Below, piece after piece: positions 7,460-15,988 of a stretch of DNA of 35,439 bases. The first letter of the stretch is position 1; each line of letters starts with the position of its first letter. The position numbers and the translations under genes are program-made. Below the pieces are notes generated by a model, which saw only the letters and a list, made by a program, of their open reading frames with translations, had not been told where the DNA came from and searched no databases. Origin of the DNA: an uncultured Methanosarcinales archaeon (GTDB lineage Archaea; Nanobdellota; Nanobdellia; Woesearchaeales; CAZPJY01); assembly GCA_964587045.1 (NCBI GenBank), contig CAZPJY010000020.1, forward strand, positions 1 through 35,439. The letters run 5' to 3'.

Positions 7460-9313
7460 ATGAATAGGGCAAGCTTACTGGCACTGACTTTCTTCATTCT
7501 CATATGCTGTTCCATCGGAGCGGCAGGGGACACATACCTCAACATCACCGTATCTGAAGTGGTATACCAAAATATCACTTATGGTGAGTATTTCACCCTG
7601 AATGAGACTGTAAAGCTGTTCTACATCTATGGAACCCTCAACATCACGAATCCCAGCAATGAGACCATCAACGACATCTCTATCGCTTTCGAGAACACTG
7701 CAGGGATGACCAGCAACTTCACCCACATCGCTGGAAGAACCGGAAGCCATGCCTCAGGAACGCCGGGAGAGATAATGATTGTCCATGTTCCAGAGCTGAG
7801 GCCGGGTAACTACTCGACTTTCAACTATTCAATCAACGGGACCACAGTTACGCCCCCCCTCGATCTCGAATCAAACTACACGCATTCATACGTCACCAAG
7901 GTACTTGCTGGAGAGTATTTCAACGTGACAGACAAAGTGACCAACCAGCTTTGGACCCAGCAGACAATCAGCAACATCGACATCCTTATCGAATCGTGGA
8001 ACGTGACCTGGAATACCTCAATCTACAACTTCACGTTAGACACGCTCTGGGAGACAGGAAATTACGTAAATGTCACCAACAACTCTGACCGGCTGTGGAC
8101 TTGGGCCGCAAATGGGGGAACGCTTGTTTACAACCAGTCTGCCAACATCTCATACCAGGTAGGCGCACCCATTGCTGTACCGACCTCAGCGACTTATCCA
8201 GCAATATTCCAGACCCTTCAGTACAAGGTAAGCTACACAGCATCTAACTTAACGGTCTCATCAATCAATGCGACTGCTAGAGCGCTGTACAACTTCACCA
8301 AAAGGATAGCAAAACCGCAGGACCAGCTGGAGAACCACAACGTCACCTGGGAGACTGACTCTGCCGTTTACTCAGACACCCAGATTAATTATGTCCTCAA
8401 CAACGTGACAATATGGGTCACCTACGATATGAATCCAGCCAACTACACCGGGATTACAACGGAGTACCTGCCCAACACGAGGGTCAACCAGACTAACAGG
8501 TGGACGCCGACAAGCCCATGGTATTTCAACTATACCGACGGTCACAACTCGACCTACCCACCACCCATAATCTGGATGAAGCCAGAGTACCTAATCGAGA
8601 ACGCTTATGGGCAGATCATCAACCAGTCAGTAACAGTAAACGGGAAGGACACCTACATCAAGTACATATATGTCATACACGGCTACTGGCTTGAGGTATA
8701 CAAGAACGTGACAAGCATAGGCGAGGACTTATACAACATCACGGTATGGGTGCACAACAAGGGCAATGGCTGGACGCCACAGTACGCCATCGTATCGGTC
8801 TACGACTTCATACCTAATGATTTCGCAGCTTCCCAGTGGAACTACGGAGCCCCACCCAACTCGCAGTCGACCGCGATGTTCAACCAGACAGTCAACGGCA
8901 GCGGATTCACTGGCCTGTCTGTCAGGTGGGACATTGGCTTCATTGGAGGCATGAATTCGTCATTCGGACCTGATGAAGGCATCGGCATGCTCGCTGGACA
9001 GAACGACACATGGACCGCGAGCTACCGCGTCCAGGGCTCAGGGGATTACAGGGTGACTGACCTGTACGTCGTGGGTTTGGACCCCCGACAAGTCGACGGG
9101 GCCAGCAGCTCTCCTGCAATCAAGGTCATTCAGACCCTTGGCACCTACTCTTCAGAGATGGTGTTCGTGCTGATTGTCATCCTACTGCTGGGAATCAACC
9201 TGGCTAATTTCATCATGACCTCGCGGATCAAGAAGCAGCTCGACACGAGCGGCCCGACACATTTCCACAAGATCCGCCGGGAAATTGACGATCTAAAGAA
9301 AAGGATTAAATAG
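7460..9313 (+). CDS. Membrane-anchored surface glycoprotein, ~617 aa, with DUF11-like domains, C-terminal TM helix and coiled-coil tail
   Basis: GGAGGA SD before ATG 7460; signal peptide; many sequons; last extracellular domain (KNVTSIGEDLYNITV...YDFIP...GDYRVTDLYVVGLDP) matches the C-terminus of 3..3656. Confidence 0.85.
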   Translation: MNRASLLALTFFILICCSIGAAGDTYLNITVSEVVYQNITYGEYFTLNETVKLFYIYGTLNITNPSNETINDISIAFENTAGMTSNFTHIAGRTGSHASGTPGEIMIVHVPELRPGNYSTFNYSINGTTVTPPLDLESNYTHSYVTKVLAGEYFNVTDKVTNQLWTQQTISNIDILIESWNVTWNTSIYNFTLDTLWETGNYVNVTNNSDRLWTWAANGGTLVYNQSANISYQVGAPIAVPTSATYPAIFQTLQYKVSYTASNLTVSSINATARALYNFTKRIAKPQDQLENHNVTWETDSAVYSDTQINYVLNNVTIWVTYDMNPANYTGITTEYLPNTRVNQTNRWTPTSPWYFNYTDGHNSTYPPPIIWMKPEYLIENAYGQIINQSVTVNGKDTYIKYIYVIHGYWLEVYKNVTSIGEDLYNITVWVHNKGNGWTPQYAIVSVYDFIPNDFAASQWNYGAPPNSQSTAMFNQTVNGSGFTGLSVRWDIGFIGGMNSSFGPDEGIGMLAGQNDTWTASYRVQGSGDYRVTDLYVVGLDPRQVDGASSSPAIKVIQTLGTYSSEMVFVLIVILLLGINLANFIMTSRIKKQLDTSGPTHFHKIRREIDDLKKRIK

Positions 9314-9322
9314 TTTTTTTCC
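9314..9322 (+). terminator. Oligo-T tract, possible archaeal terminator or attenuator
   Basis: TTTTTTTCC immediately after the TAG at 9313. Confidence 0.35.
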
Positions 9323-9344
9323 ATTATTTCAATGAGGGGATTCA

Positions 9345-10058
9345 GTGGTGGAATATAAATTCAAGAAAGCTATACTCTTAATCATGCTCCTTCTCGCGAT
9401 TCCTGTAGCCTCAGCACGCGTGGTCGTCTTCCGCGACTACACCACCCAGACCACCCTGGAGAAGGGCAGCCTCCATATTGAAAGGATAATGACCCTTGAA
9501 AACATAGGATCTGCGCCAATAATACCGGGCGAACTGCATTTCAAGTTGCATGAGATAGTAAAAGATGAGCAGGTCGCATCAGAGGTCTCAAACCTGGTCG
9601 CCGAGAGCGAGCAGGGCAGGCAGCTCTCCACAGACATCATCAACGGGAACCGTGAAACCGACCTCATCATCGACGTGTGGGACACTCTGCTTCCCGGTTT
9701 CTACTACACTATCAAAATGGAATACGACGTCCAGTTCAAGAGCAAAGGCGTCCTTTTCTATCTCATAAACATCCCAACAGAAGAGACCACCATCCCAATC
9801 AGGCACAACACCCAGAAGTTCCTCTTGCCCAAAAGGTTCAGCGTCACGTTCGCACCGGGTGCAGAAGTATCAAAGAGCGACGACAAGCGTGTAGTCGAAT
9901 GGGTCAATCAAGAGGATATGCAGCTCGAGTATTCGATAGTCCCCTTCCCAAAGCTCCCGATAAAGGGCGTGAACGTTTTCTGGGCGATACTGATAGTGCT
10001 ACTGGTGGGCCTCTTCATCGGCACAAGGGTGCGACACTCAAAAAAACAGTTCGAATAG
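9345..10058 (+). CDS. Membrane-anchored protein, 237 aa (signal peptide, single beta-sandwich domain, C-terminal TM)
   Basis: GAGGGGA SD before GTG; hydrophobic N-terminus; TM VNVFWAILIVLLVGLFIG followed by basic residues. Confidence 0.8.
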   Translation: MVEYKFKKAILLIMLLLAIPVASARVVVFRDYTTQTTLEKGSLHIERIMTLENIGSAPIIPGELHFKLHEIVKDEQVASEVSNLVAESEQGRQLSTDIINGNRETDLIIDVWDTLLPGFYYTIKMEYDVQFKSKGVLFYLINIPTEETTIPIRHNTQKFLLPKRFSVTFAPGAEVSKSDDKRVVEWVNQEDMQLEYSIVPFPKLPIKGVNVFWAILIVLLVGLFIGTRVRHSKKQFE

Positions 10059-10062
10059 GCCC

Positions 10063-11859
10063 ATGAGATACATGATAGGCTTGGTTCTTTTAGTGGTTTT
10101 GTTACTGAGCACGCCGCTTGTATCGGCCAAGATTCTCCTTGAGATAGACATCGACGAGCACGGCAAGATAATCAGCCACTACGATGAGTATTACGTGACG
10201 AACGTCAACGGAACACTCACCCTGACCAACCCCTCCAACATGACCCTCTACGGCATGGAGATCCCTATGCAGCTGTTCCCCCTGACCATAATCGAGGACG
10301 GAACCTCTTACATTTCCGGCGACACCATCTACATCATTTCCCTCCAGCCCTATGAATCAATATCCTTCGATTACAGGATAATAGGGATCTCCTCAGGGCT
10401 GCCGACTGATGGTGATTGGGGCGTGCTCCACAGCGCCTTAAGGAGGCGAAACCCTGAGATTAAGGCCAGCCTGCCCATATCGCTCAGCAAAGCCCCAATA
10501 GAGGACCCAGCAGCAGGAGGGCTCAACCATTCCCGACTCGTGAGCGTCTTCCTGCAGAACCCCTCAGGCTTCGAGTTCAAGGTAAGGAGCCTAGCGATGA
10601 TTAAGACCACCGTCATGGACCCAAACGACGACTTGTGGACTGAGAACTTCATCCAGGAGGAGGATGACGCAGTCATCGAGCCTTTCGGCACTTTGAACTT
10701 TGATGTCTACGACAGGGACGCAAGCGAAGGAGACATCTACTGGCTCAAGACGGACATATTCCTTGATGAGATAGACATCACCGGGAACAACAGCGTAACC
10801 TACCTCACAATTGAAAACGTCACTTTGGTGGGCATTCCGGAGATCAACGAGACCATAGTCAACTTCTCGTCCGGCATGTACCTGGAAGAGGTCCTCTTCA
10901 TAAGGAAATACATCAACGACAGCCTGCTCAACCCAGGGGACATCGTGAAGGTCAGCCTGATCATGGACAACCTGGAAGGCCTCTCCAAGAACGTCAGCCT
11001 CATCGACACCCTTCCGAGAGGCTTTGAGCTGGTCGACCAGGGTGTCGGTGACAATTTTGAGAACCTCTCACTGTTCTGGAACAACGTGAAGATAGGCGGG
11101 AAGAGCAGGGTCCAGATTGACTACCTGCTGAAATACGTCGATGAGTCCTCTGTGGGGGTTGACTTTTTCCCGGCTGCTGAGATGAGCTACAAGGACGATG
11201 TGTTCCGCTCAGCAAGGGTGCTCTTCATACGGAAGTACGTCCCGCAGATGAGGGTATACCTGCAGAAGAAGATCTCATACTCCGAGTCTGGTGAGGTGGA
11301 GGTGCTCCTTGAGATACAAAATATCGGCGAGGCAGATTTGCTGAACATCCTGCTCAAGGAATATCTTGCGAGCGAGGATGTCTTCAGGGAGATAACCCAG
11401 GCTCCTGAAGAGAAGGGTTTATGGAGGATACCTCTCATCAAGAGGGGTGATACATGGCAGGTCTCCTACGTGACCAACGACAACGTCGCTGTGAGCAACC
11501 TGCCCGACCTGTACGGTGTGGAGAGCGAAGAGGTGCTGAAGACCATAATCTTCGAGACCGTGGTGAATTACTCCTTCCTGCCCTCAGCTGTTGAGGTCAT
11601 GGAGATTATAGGCCTTCTGATTATAGTAAGCCTTCCGATAGCCTATTACTTCCTTAAGAAACGGGATAAGAAGAAGCACACGGCACGCGTGAAGCATGTC
11701 CACCAGCATGTTGAGGAGGTCATCGATGAGCGGCCCAAGCAAGCGCCTTCAGAGAAGCATGATCCCAAGTACCATATGGCATCGAAAGAGGTTGCCCAGA
11801 AGGTCCATGAGACCCAGGATGATATAAAGCATCTCGAGAATCCTAATTCTGGTAAATGA
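10063..11859 (+). CDS. Membrane-anchored DUF11-like domain protein, 598 aa; paralogue of 7460..9313
   Basis: N-domain GTLTLTNPSNMTL...LQPYESISFDYRI aligns with GTLNITNPSNETI...LRPGNYSTFNYSI; DUF11 signature FIRKYI...PGDIVKVSLIMDN...VSLIDTLPRGFELV; TM and charged tail. Confidence 0.8.
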   Translation: MRYMIGLVLLVVLLLSTPLVSAKILLEIDIDEHGKIISHYDEYYVTNVNGTLTLTNPSNMTLYGMEIPMQLFPLTIIEDGTSYISGDTIYIISLQPYESISFDYRIIGISSGLPTDGDWGVLHSALRRRNPEIKASLPISLSKAPIEDPAAGGLNHSRLVSVFLQNPSGFEFKVRSLAMIKTTVMDPNDDLWTENFIQEEDDAVIEPFGTLNFDVYDRDASEGDIYWLKTDIFLDEIDITGNNSVTYLTIENVTLVGIPEINETIVNFSSGMYLEEVLFIRKYINDSLLNPGDIVKVSLIMDNLEGLSKNVSLIDTLPRGFELVDQGVGDNFENLSLFWNNVKIGGKSRVQIDYLLKYVDESSVGVDFFPAAEMSYKDDVFRSARVLFIRKYVPQMRVYLQKKISYSESGEVEVLLEIQNIGEADLLNILLKEYLASEDVFREITQAPEEKGLWRIPLIKRGDTWQVSYVTNDNVAVSNLPDLYGVESEEVLKTIIFETVVNYSFLPSAVEVMEIIGLLIIVSLPIAYYFLKKRDKKKHTARVKHVHQHVEEVIDERPKQAPSEKHDPKYHMASKEVAQKVHETQDDIKHLENPNSGK

Positions 11860-12223
11860 CTATTATCGTGGCGTTGGGCTGGCCGATTAAATCTCCGAGC
11901 TCGTCGGATTGTATAACTTCGACGTCATCCCTTCCTTCAAGTGCCAGAATCATGTCATCCGTAATGTTGTAGTTCTCCCTAAGCTGATCGATTATCTGGA
12001 GATTCAGCTCTTGAGCCTGGGCCAGGTCCTCTGAGAAATCGTACTCTGTCAGGTCAGGACTGCATTGGGCGAGCGGGATACCCCTCGCCGCGCAGGGCAT
12101 GGCGTGTTCCATCTCGGTTGCGAAGCTGACAGTCTTTTGGGATGAGCTCTCTGCGAGCTGGATTAGGGGCGAGGCTATGCCTAAGAGGATTATTGCAAAG
12201 AGCGGAAGTATCAGCACTTTCAT
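11843..12223 (-). CDS. Hypothetical protein, 126 aa, N-terminal TM/signal anchor and one Cys pair
   Basis: BRE/TATA-like GAAATGTTTATAAA about 23 nt upstream (leaderless start); hydrophobic N-terminus; convergent 17-nt overlap with the neighbouring gene. Confidence 0.7.
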   Translation of the reverse strand: MKVLILPLFAIILLGIASPLIQLAESSSQKTVSFATEMEHAMPCAARGIPLAQCSPDLTEYDFSEDLAQAQELNLQIIDQLRENYNITDDMILALEGRDDVEVIQSDELGDLIGQPNATIIVIYQN

Positions 12224-12330
12224 GTAGAATGGTGAATCAGGGAGTATTTATAAACATTTCCATTTGATACTACTATTTAGTGGTTAATTAGCCCTGAAGG
12301 ATATTATAAGCACAAGTCCGGAACAAATGG

Positions 12331-12360
12331 GAGAAAAAAAAGAGAAAAAAACAAAGACAA
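12331..12360 (-). terminator. Long oligo-T terminator of the 12363..13064 gene
   Basis: The minus strand reads TTGTCTTTGTTTTTTTCTCTTTTTTTTCTC directly after the TAA. Confidence 0.65.
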
Positions 12361-12362
12361 CT

Positions 12363-13064
12363 TTACCCTAGCTCAGCATAGAAATAATAGTCTGCTGTGC
12401 CGGAATTTGTGGTAGGCACCATGAGCTGGAAGTCCACTGCACTTCCTTCGAAGCCGTTGGCGTCGTTGGAGATCAATGCCATGTAGACCCATCTGTTAGC
12501 ACCGTCGTTGAGGAGAGCCATCTCGCCTGCGAAATCGCTCCCGTCATCCTGCCAAGCATGCTCGGTGTTGAGGCTGCCTGAGCAGTCCACTGAGTTGCCC
12601 GCGATGGTGTAAGCACCAGCCGCATTTTCCGTGTAGGTGCTCGCCACGCTGTCATCTTCGCCAGTGAGCCCTAGCTCAGTGTCCTCGCTTGCCATGCCTC
12701 CGCACGCCATGCCGCCAAACGCAGGTGTTGTCGTATTCCTTGTTGCATAGACCTCGCCTGAAGGGGTCAGCACAGACCAGTTGTAGAACTGATCCCCTGA
12801 GTCGTCCTCAAGCACGATCCAACCAGTTACCTGGCCCCAATAGCCCTGCCAGTTGTCTGACTGTGTCCTAGCGCTTATGTCCAGCTCGGTCACGTTACCG
12901 CCTTGCGCTGTGTTGGTTGGACCGACACCAGCTGCAGGTCCATCCTCTCCAACTCCTGCTGAAAGACTGCTTGCCTCAAGAGGAGCTGCAACAGCGGTAA
13001 GGGCATAGAGGACTAAGGTCAGAGCTGCTATGAATAGCACGCCATAAACCCATGTCCTTCCCAT
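12363..13064 (-). CDS. Secreted single-domain protein, 233 aa, GGNVT...WQGYWG...YYFYAEL family; candidate major filament subunit
   Basis: Signal peptide; perfect GGAGGTGA SD; own TATA box and strong terminator; clearly homologous to 24307..25017 and to domains of 13223..14665 and 25600..32973. Confidence 0.85.
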   Translation of the reverse strand: MGRTWVYGVLFIAALTLVLYALTAVAAPLEASSLSAGVGEDGPAAGVGPTNTAQGGNVTELDISARTQSDNWQGYWGQVTGWIVLEDDSGDQFYNWSVLTPSGEVYATRNTTTPAFGGMACGGMASEDTELGLTGEDDSVASTYTENAAGAYTIAGNSVDCSGSLNTEHAWQDDGSDFAGEMALLNDGANRWVYMALISNDANGFEGSAVDFQLMVPTTNSGTADYYFYAELG

Positions 13065-13200
13065 CCTATCACCTCCAATACGTATTGGATTAGTATCTGC
13101 AGATAATCTACTCTATCTGCTATTAATATCCTATTATGTATACTAGTATTTAAATATTTCTATTTAGATATAAAAATCATCCATAATAACATTTAAATAG
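13065..13200. promoter_or_regulatory. Divergent promoter region with TATA boxes (- strand ~13147-13154; + strand 13192-13199), TACATAATAGG motif (- strand 13130-13140), palindromes and SD
   Basis: GAAATATTTAAATA on the - strand; palindromes TCCAATACGTATTGGA (13074-13089) and TATCTGCAGATA (13094-13105); GGAGGTGA near 13069-13076 on the - strand. Confidence 0.65.
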
Positions 13201-13222
13201 AATGGTAGGCAGGAATTTGCAC

Positions 13223-14665
13223 ATGAGGAGGGAGTATTATTTCTTGGCGGGGGTATTCCTTTTGCTTTCCCTCACTATCGTTTTCTTGGCCAAACCGAGC
13301 GTGCTGTTCTACCTGCTGGCCGGAGGGGGGAACGTGACAGCTCTGAACATGACAGCCACCGAGCCCGCTAATGTATGGCATGGTGTGTACGGCAGCCTGA
13401 CTGTCAGCCCTGGCGCGACAGACCTCATGATATCTGGAAGCGGCTTGAGCATTGTCAGCATTAAGTACGTGGGCGGATGCAATGACACTGAGGTATATGC
13501 CGTGCCGAACAGCTCGATAGACTGGAGCTCCCTCGAGAACGCTTCGCCCGCATTTCTGGATTCCTGGCTCAACATCAGCGTCTCAGATTACCAATCCGCG
13601 AGCAATACCTTCACGCAATTGGTCAACTTCAGCGTCAACGGAACGAACATGACTCTTTACGCCACGTATACCAACTCCCCAACCCAGATGTTCGCCTTGG
13701 GTCTTCTCAGACAGAACCAGACCCCTGTCTTTGTCTCGGCCACAGATTTCAACGGGACATCCTTTAACGGAAGCCCTGCTGATTTCCAATTCATGCTCCC
13801 GGTTCTGAACAATAAGAGCCTGGATTACAATTTATACACGGATCAGGCAGACGACTGTGCATCATGCAGCATACCCATCAACATCACAGCCCAGCAACCT
13901 GCCAACAAGAGTCATGTGCTCCTCAAGTGGACCAACGGCACGAGGTCCGAGTCGTTCCGGGTCTATTATATTGACGACCCGAAAGGGGCAGATGGTTTCA
14001 GGAGGCTGAACTTCACCAGCGCGACTGTCGTGACGAACATAACAGCGACCAACTGGACTGATACGACTGCCGGCAACATCTCAGAAAGGTACTATAGGGT
14101 GGGCACTTACTACAACGGCCAGGTGTGCGTCTCGAACCAGACCTTTGCCAGGTATGACTATTTCATGGAGCCTACTTGGAACATGGTGTCAGTCCCCATC
14201 GCCATGGAGAGCCATTACGTCTACGACGTCTTCTACTCAATAAACGGGTCCTATTCGACCGTGTACCTCTTCAACAACACGGCGGACGGTTACAGGATAT
14301 ATATCAGCCCAAGTCTGAACACGTTCAATCTGACCGAGAGGGGCTCTGTATACTGGATAGCTGTCAACAAAAACGCGAGCTGGATAATCGCGGGTGAGGT
14401 CATCCCAAGCATGATCCTTGAGATGGAAGCTGATTACAATCTCATCTCCTTCCCCCCTATCGACGGAAACAACTCCGTCCCGTACGTCCTTGACTCGATA
14501 AATGGCAGCTACTCAGCCATCTACCATTACAACAACACCGACGACAGCTACAGGATCTACATCAATCCTGTAGTGAATTTCTTCTCCACCTTTGACCCCT
14601 TAGGAGGGTACTGGATAAAGATGAATTCCAATGAGACATTCAACTTCAGCTACCAATTCACGTAG
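13223..14665 (+). CDS. Secreted/anchored protein, ~480 aa: GGNVT-family domain + FN3-like domain + two [W/Y]NxxSxP...SINGSY...YWI repeats
   Basis: Likely leaderless ATG 24 nt after TTTAAATA; AGGGNVTALNM...WHGVYG...ADFQFMLP; FN3-like VLLKW...FRVY...WTD...YYRV; tandem C-terminal repeats at ~14150-14662. Confidence 0.8.
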   Translation: MRREYYFLAGVFLLLSLTIVFLAKPSVLFYLLAGGGNVTALNMTATEPANVWHGVYGSLTVSPGATDLMISGSGLSIVSIKYVGGCNDTEVYAVPNSSIDWSSLENASPAFLDSWLNISVSDYQSASNTFTQLVNFSVNGTNMTLYATYTNSPTQMFALGLLRQNQTPVFVSATDFNGTSFNGSPADFQFMLPVLNNKSLDYNLYTDQADDCASCSIPINITAQQPANKSHVLLKWTNGTRSESFRVYYIDDPKGADGFRRLNFTSATVVTNITATNWTDTTAGNISERYYRVGTYYNGQVCVSNQTFARYDYFMEPTWNMVSVPIAMESHYVYDVFYSINGSYSTVYLFNNTADGYRIYISPSLNTFNLTERGSVYWIAVNKNASWIIAGEVIPSMILEMEADYNLISFPPIDGNNSVPYVLDSINGSYSAIYHYNNTDDSYRIYINPVVNFFSTFDPLGGYWIKMNSNETFNFSYQFT

Positions 14666-15278
14666 GGGATGGCTCTTACTTACCATCCTCATCCTGCTGG
14701 CTTTGCCCCTAATCTCTGCGGTGGGATGGTCACCGATAGGTGTGCAAGGATTCGTGGAAGGCACGGATTCAGCCACCGTGAGCGTCGAAGCGAGGCAACC
14801 CGGAACAGGTAACCTGCTGTTCAGCGGACCACCGTTCATGGCCAACGGGCAGGGCGGGTTCGTAAACGCAGTCACCATCGAGGCAGCGGAGCCAAAGGCT
14901 GATTTGTACGTTACCGTGCGGGATACCAGGACCGGGGCAGAGTACACGGTGACAGTGCCTGACGTCCCTGCATTTGGGATGGTAAGCCTCAACTTCTCAT
15001 TAAGGGATGGGGCCTGGACTCAGGGACAAGCAGCGGTAAGTGACACTGGCGGCCCAGTAGGGGATCTCTACAAGCAAATCGACGCCGAGATCGATGCAGG
15101 TGTGGATCCACTTGACATAGCAGAGAAGTATGACATACCTGTCGCTGAAGGGAGGGAGGTGCCTGCAAGGGTTGAGACGCCAGCCGGGTCTTCTGATGTG
15201 CATATTTGGCTGATGATACTGGTGTTTGTGCTGATTCTGGTCCTGATCCATGTCACACTGTCAAAAAAGGAGTACTGA
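14631..15278 (+). CDS. Membrane-anchored protein, 215 aa (signal peptide, PxxVxGxV-type beta domain, linker, C-terminal TM)
   Basis: Hydrophobic signal WLLLTILILLALPLISA; TM IWLMILVFVLILVLIHV followed by SKKEY; start position uncertain. Confidence 0.7.
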   Translation: MRHSTSATNSRRGWLLLTILILLALPLISAVGWSPIGVQGFVEGTDSATVSVEARQPGTGNLLFSGPPFMANGQGGFVNAVTIEAAEPKADLYVTVRDTRTGAEYTVTVPDVPAFGMVSLNFSLRDGAWTQGQAAVSDTGGPVGDLYKQIDAEIDAGVDPLDIAEKYDIPVAEGREVPARVETPAGSSDVHIWLMILVFVLILVLIHVTLSKKEY

Positions 15279-15279
15279 T

Positions 15280-15410
15280 TTTCATTTTTTAATGAAATAT
15301 TCACTAATTAAAGTATTATATATTTTATAATAATAAATTTTTCTAATAGTTAATTTTATATACTAGTATCATTATTATACTCATTAGAGTGTTTTTCATT
15401 AGTAAGTGAA
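15280..15410 (+). promoter_or_regulatory. AT-rich promoter with two TTCATT-N4-ARTGAA inverted repeats (15280-15297, 15395-15410)
   Basis: TTTCATT-TTTT-AATGAAA and TTCATT-AGTA-AGTGAA flank a TATA-like TTTTATATA at ~15354-15362. Confidence 0.5.
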
Positions 15411-15421
15411 GTGGGAATAAA

Positions 15422-15988
15422 GTGTTGCGACTTAATAGCCCGAAGACATATGGCACCCTTTCCTATATTCTAAACCATGTCACCTTCACCCAAAGCGAGA
15501 TAGCCGCTTCACAGGGCATTTCTGTCGGCAGGGTAAACAAGGTCGTGCAATGGCTTGTGGAAAAAGGTATAGTTTCTAAGGAGGGTGGCAAGTACAAGCT
15601 AAACCAACCCAACAAGCTCATCGAACTTATATCCTTTGCGATGCCAACACCGTCAGTAAGAACCTTCGAGGTCAACCTTTCAAAAGAGGAGGCCCATAAT
15701 ACCATCAAGAGCAGGGCTATACTCTGCCGGGAAAGCGCCCTTGAGACCATCCAGAACAAGGAAATCAGCTCAGACCTCCATCTCTACCCGACTGACGAAT
15801 CCCTCATGAAGGACCTGAACATGCTCGAGCGTGGTCCTCTGAAGATACACCTGTACCCATTCGATCCCAATCTCCAGGCGGTTGAGGGCCACACCATACC
15901 GGTAAGGACCATGATAGACCTGATAGCGGACGGCAAAGGGCATCTCGCCAACGAGCTTGCAAAAAAGATATGGGGGACGCTACAATGA
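15422..15988 (+). CDS. Winged-helix transcriptional regulator, 188 aa, with a C-terminal domain reminiscent of AbiEi-type antitoxins
   Basis: FTQSEIAASQGISVGRVNKVVQWLVEKGIV..EGGKYKL is a wHTH; C-terminal PVRTMIDL...ANELAKKI. Confidence 0.75.
   Translation: MLRLNSPKTYGTLSYILNHVTFTQSEIAASQGISVGRVNKVVQWLVEKGIVSKEGGKYKLNQPNKLIELISFAMPTPSVRTFEVNLSKEEAHNTIKSRAILCRESALETIQNKEISSDLHLYPTDESLMKDLNMLERGPLKIHLYPFDPNLQAVEGHTIPVRTMIDLIADGKGHLANELAKKIWGTLQ

Noticed and set aside
15422..15988. Type IV toxin-antitoxin (AbiEi/AbiEii) locus
   Set aside because: The resemblance is weak and the downstream gene is a secreted membrane protein, not a nucleotidyltransferase toxin.
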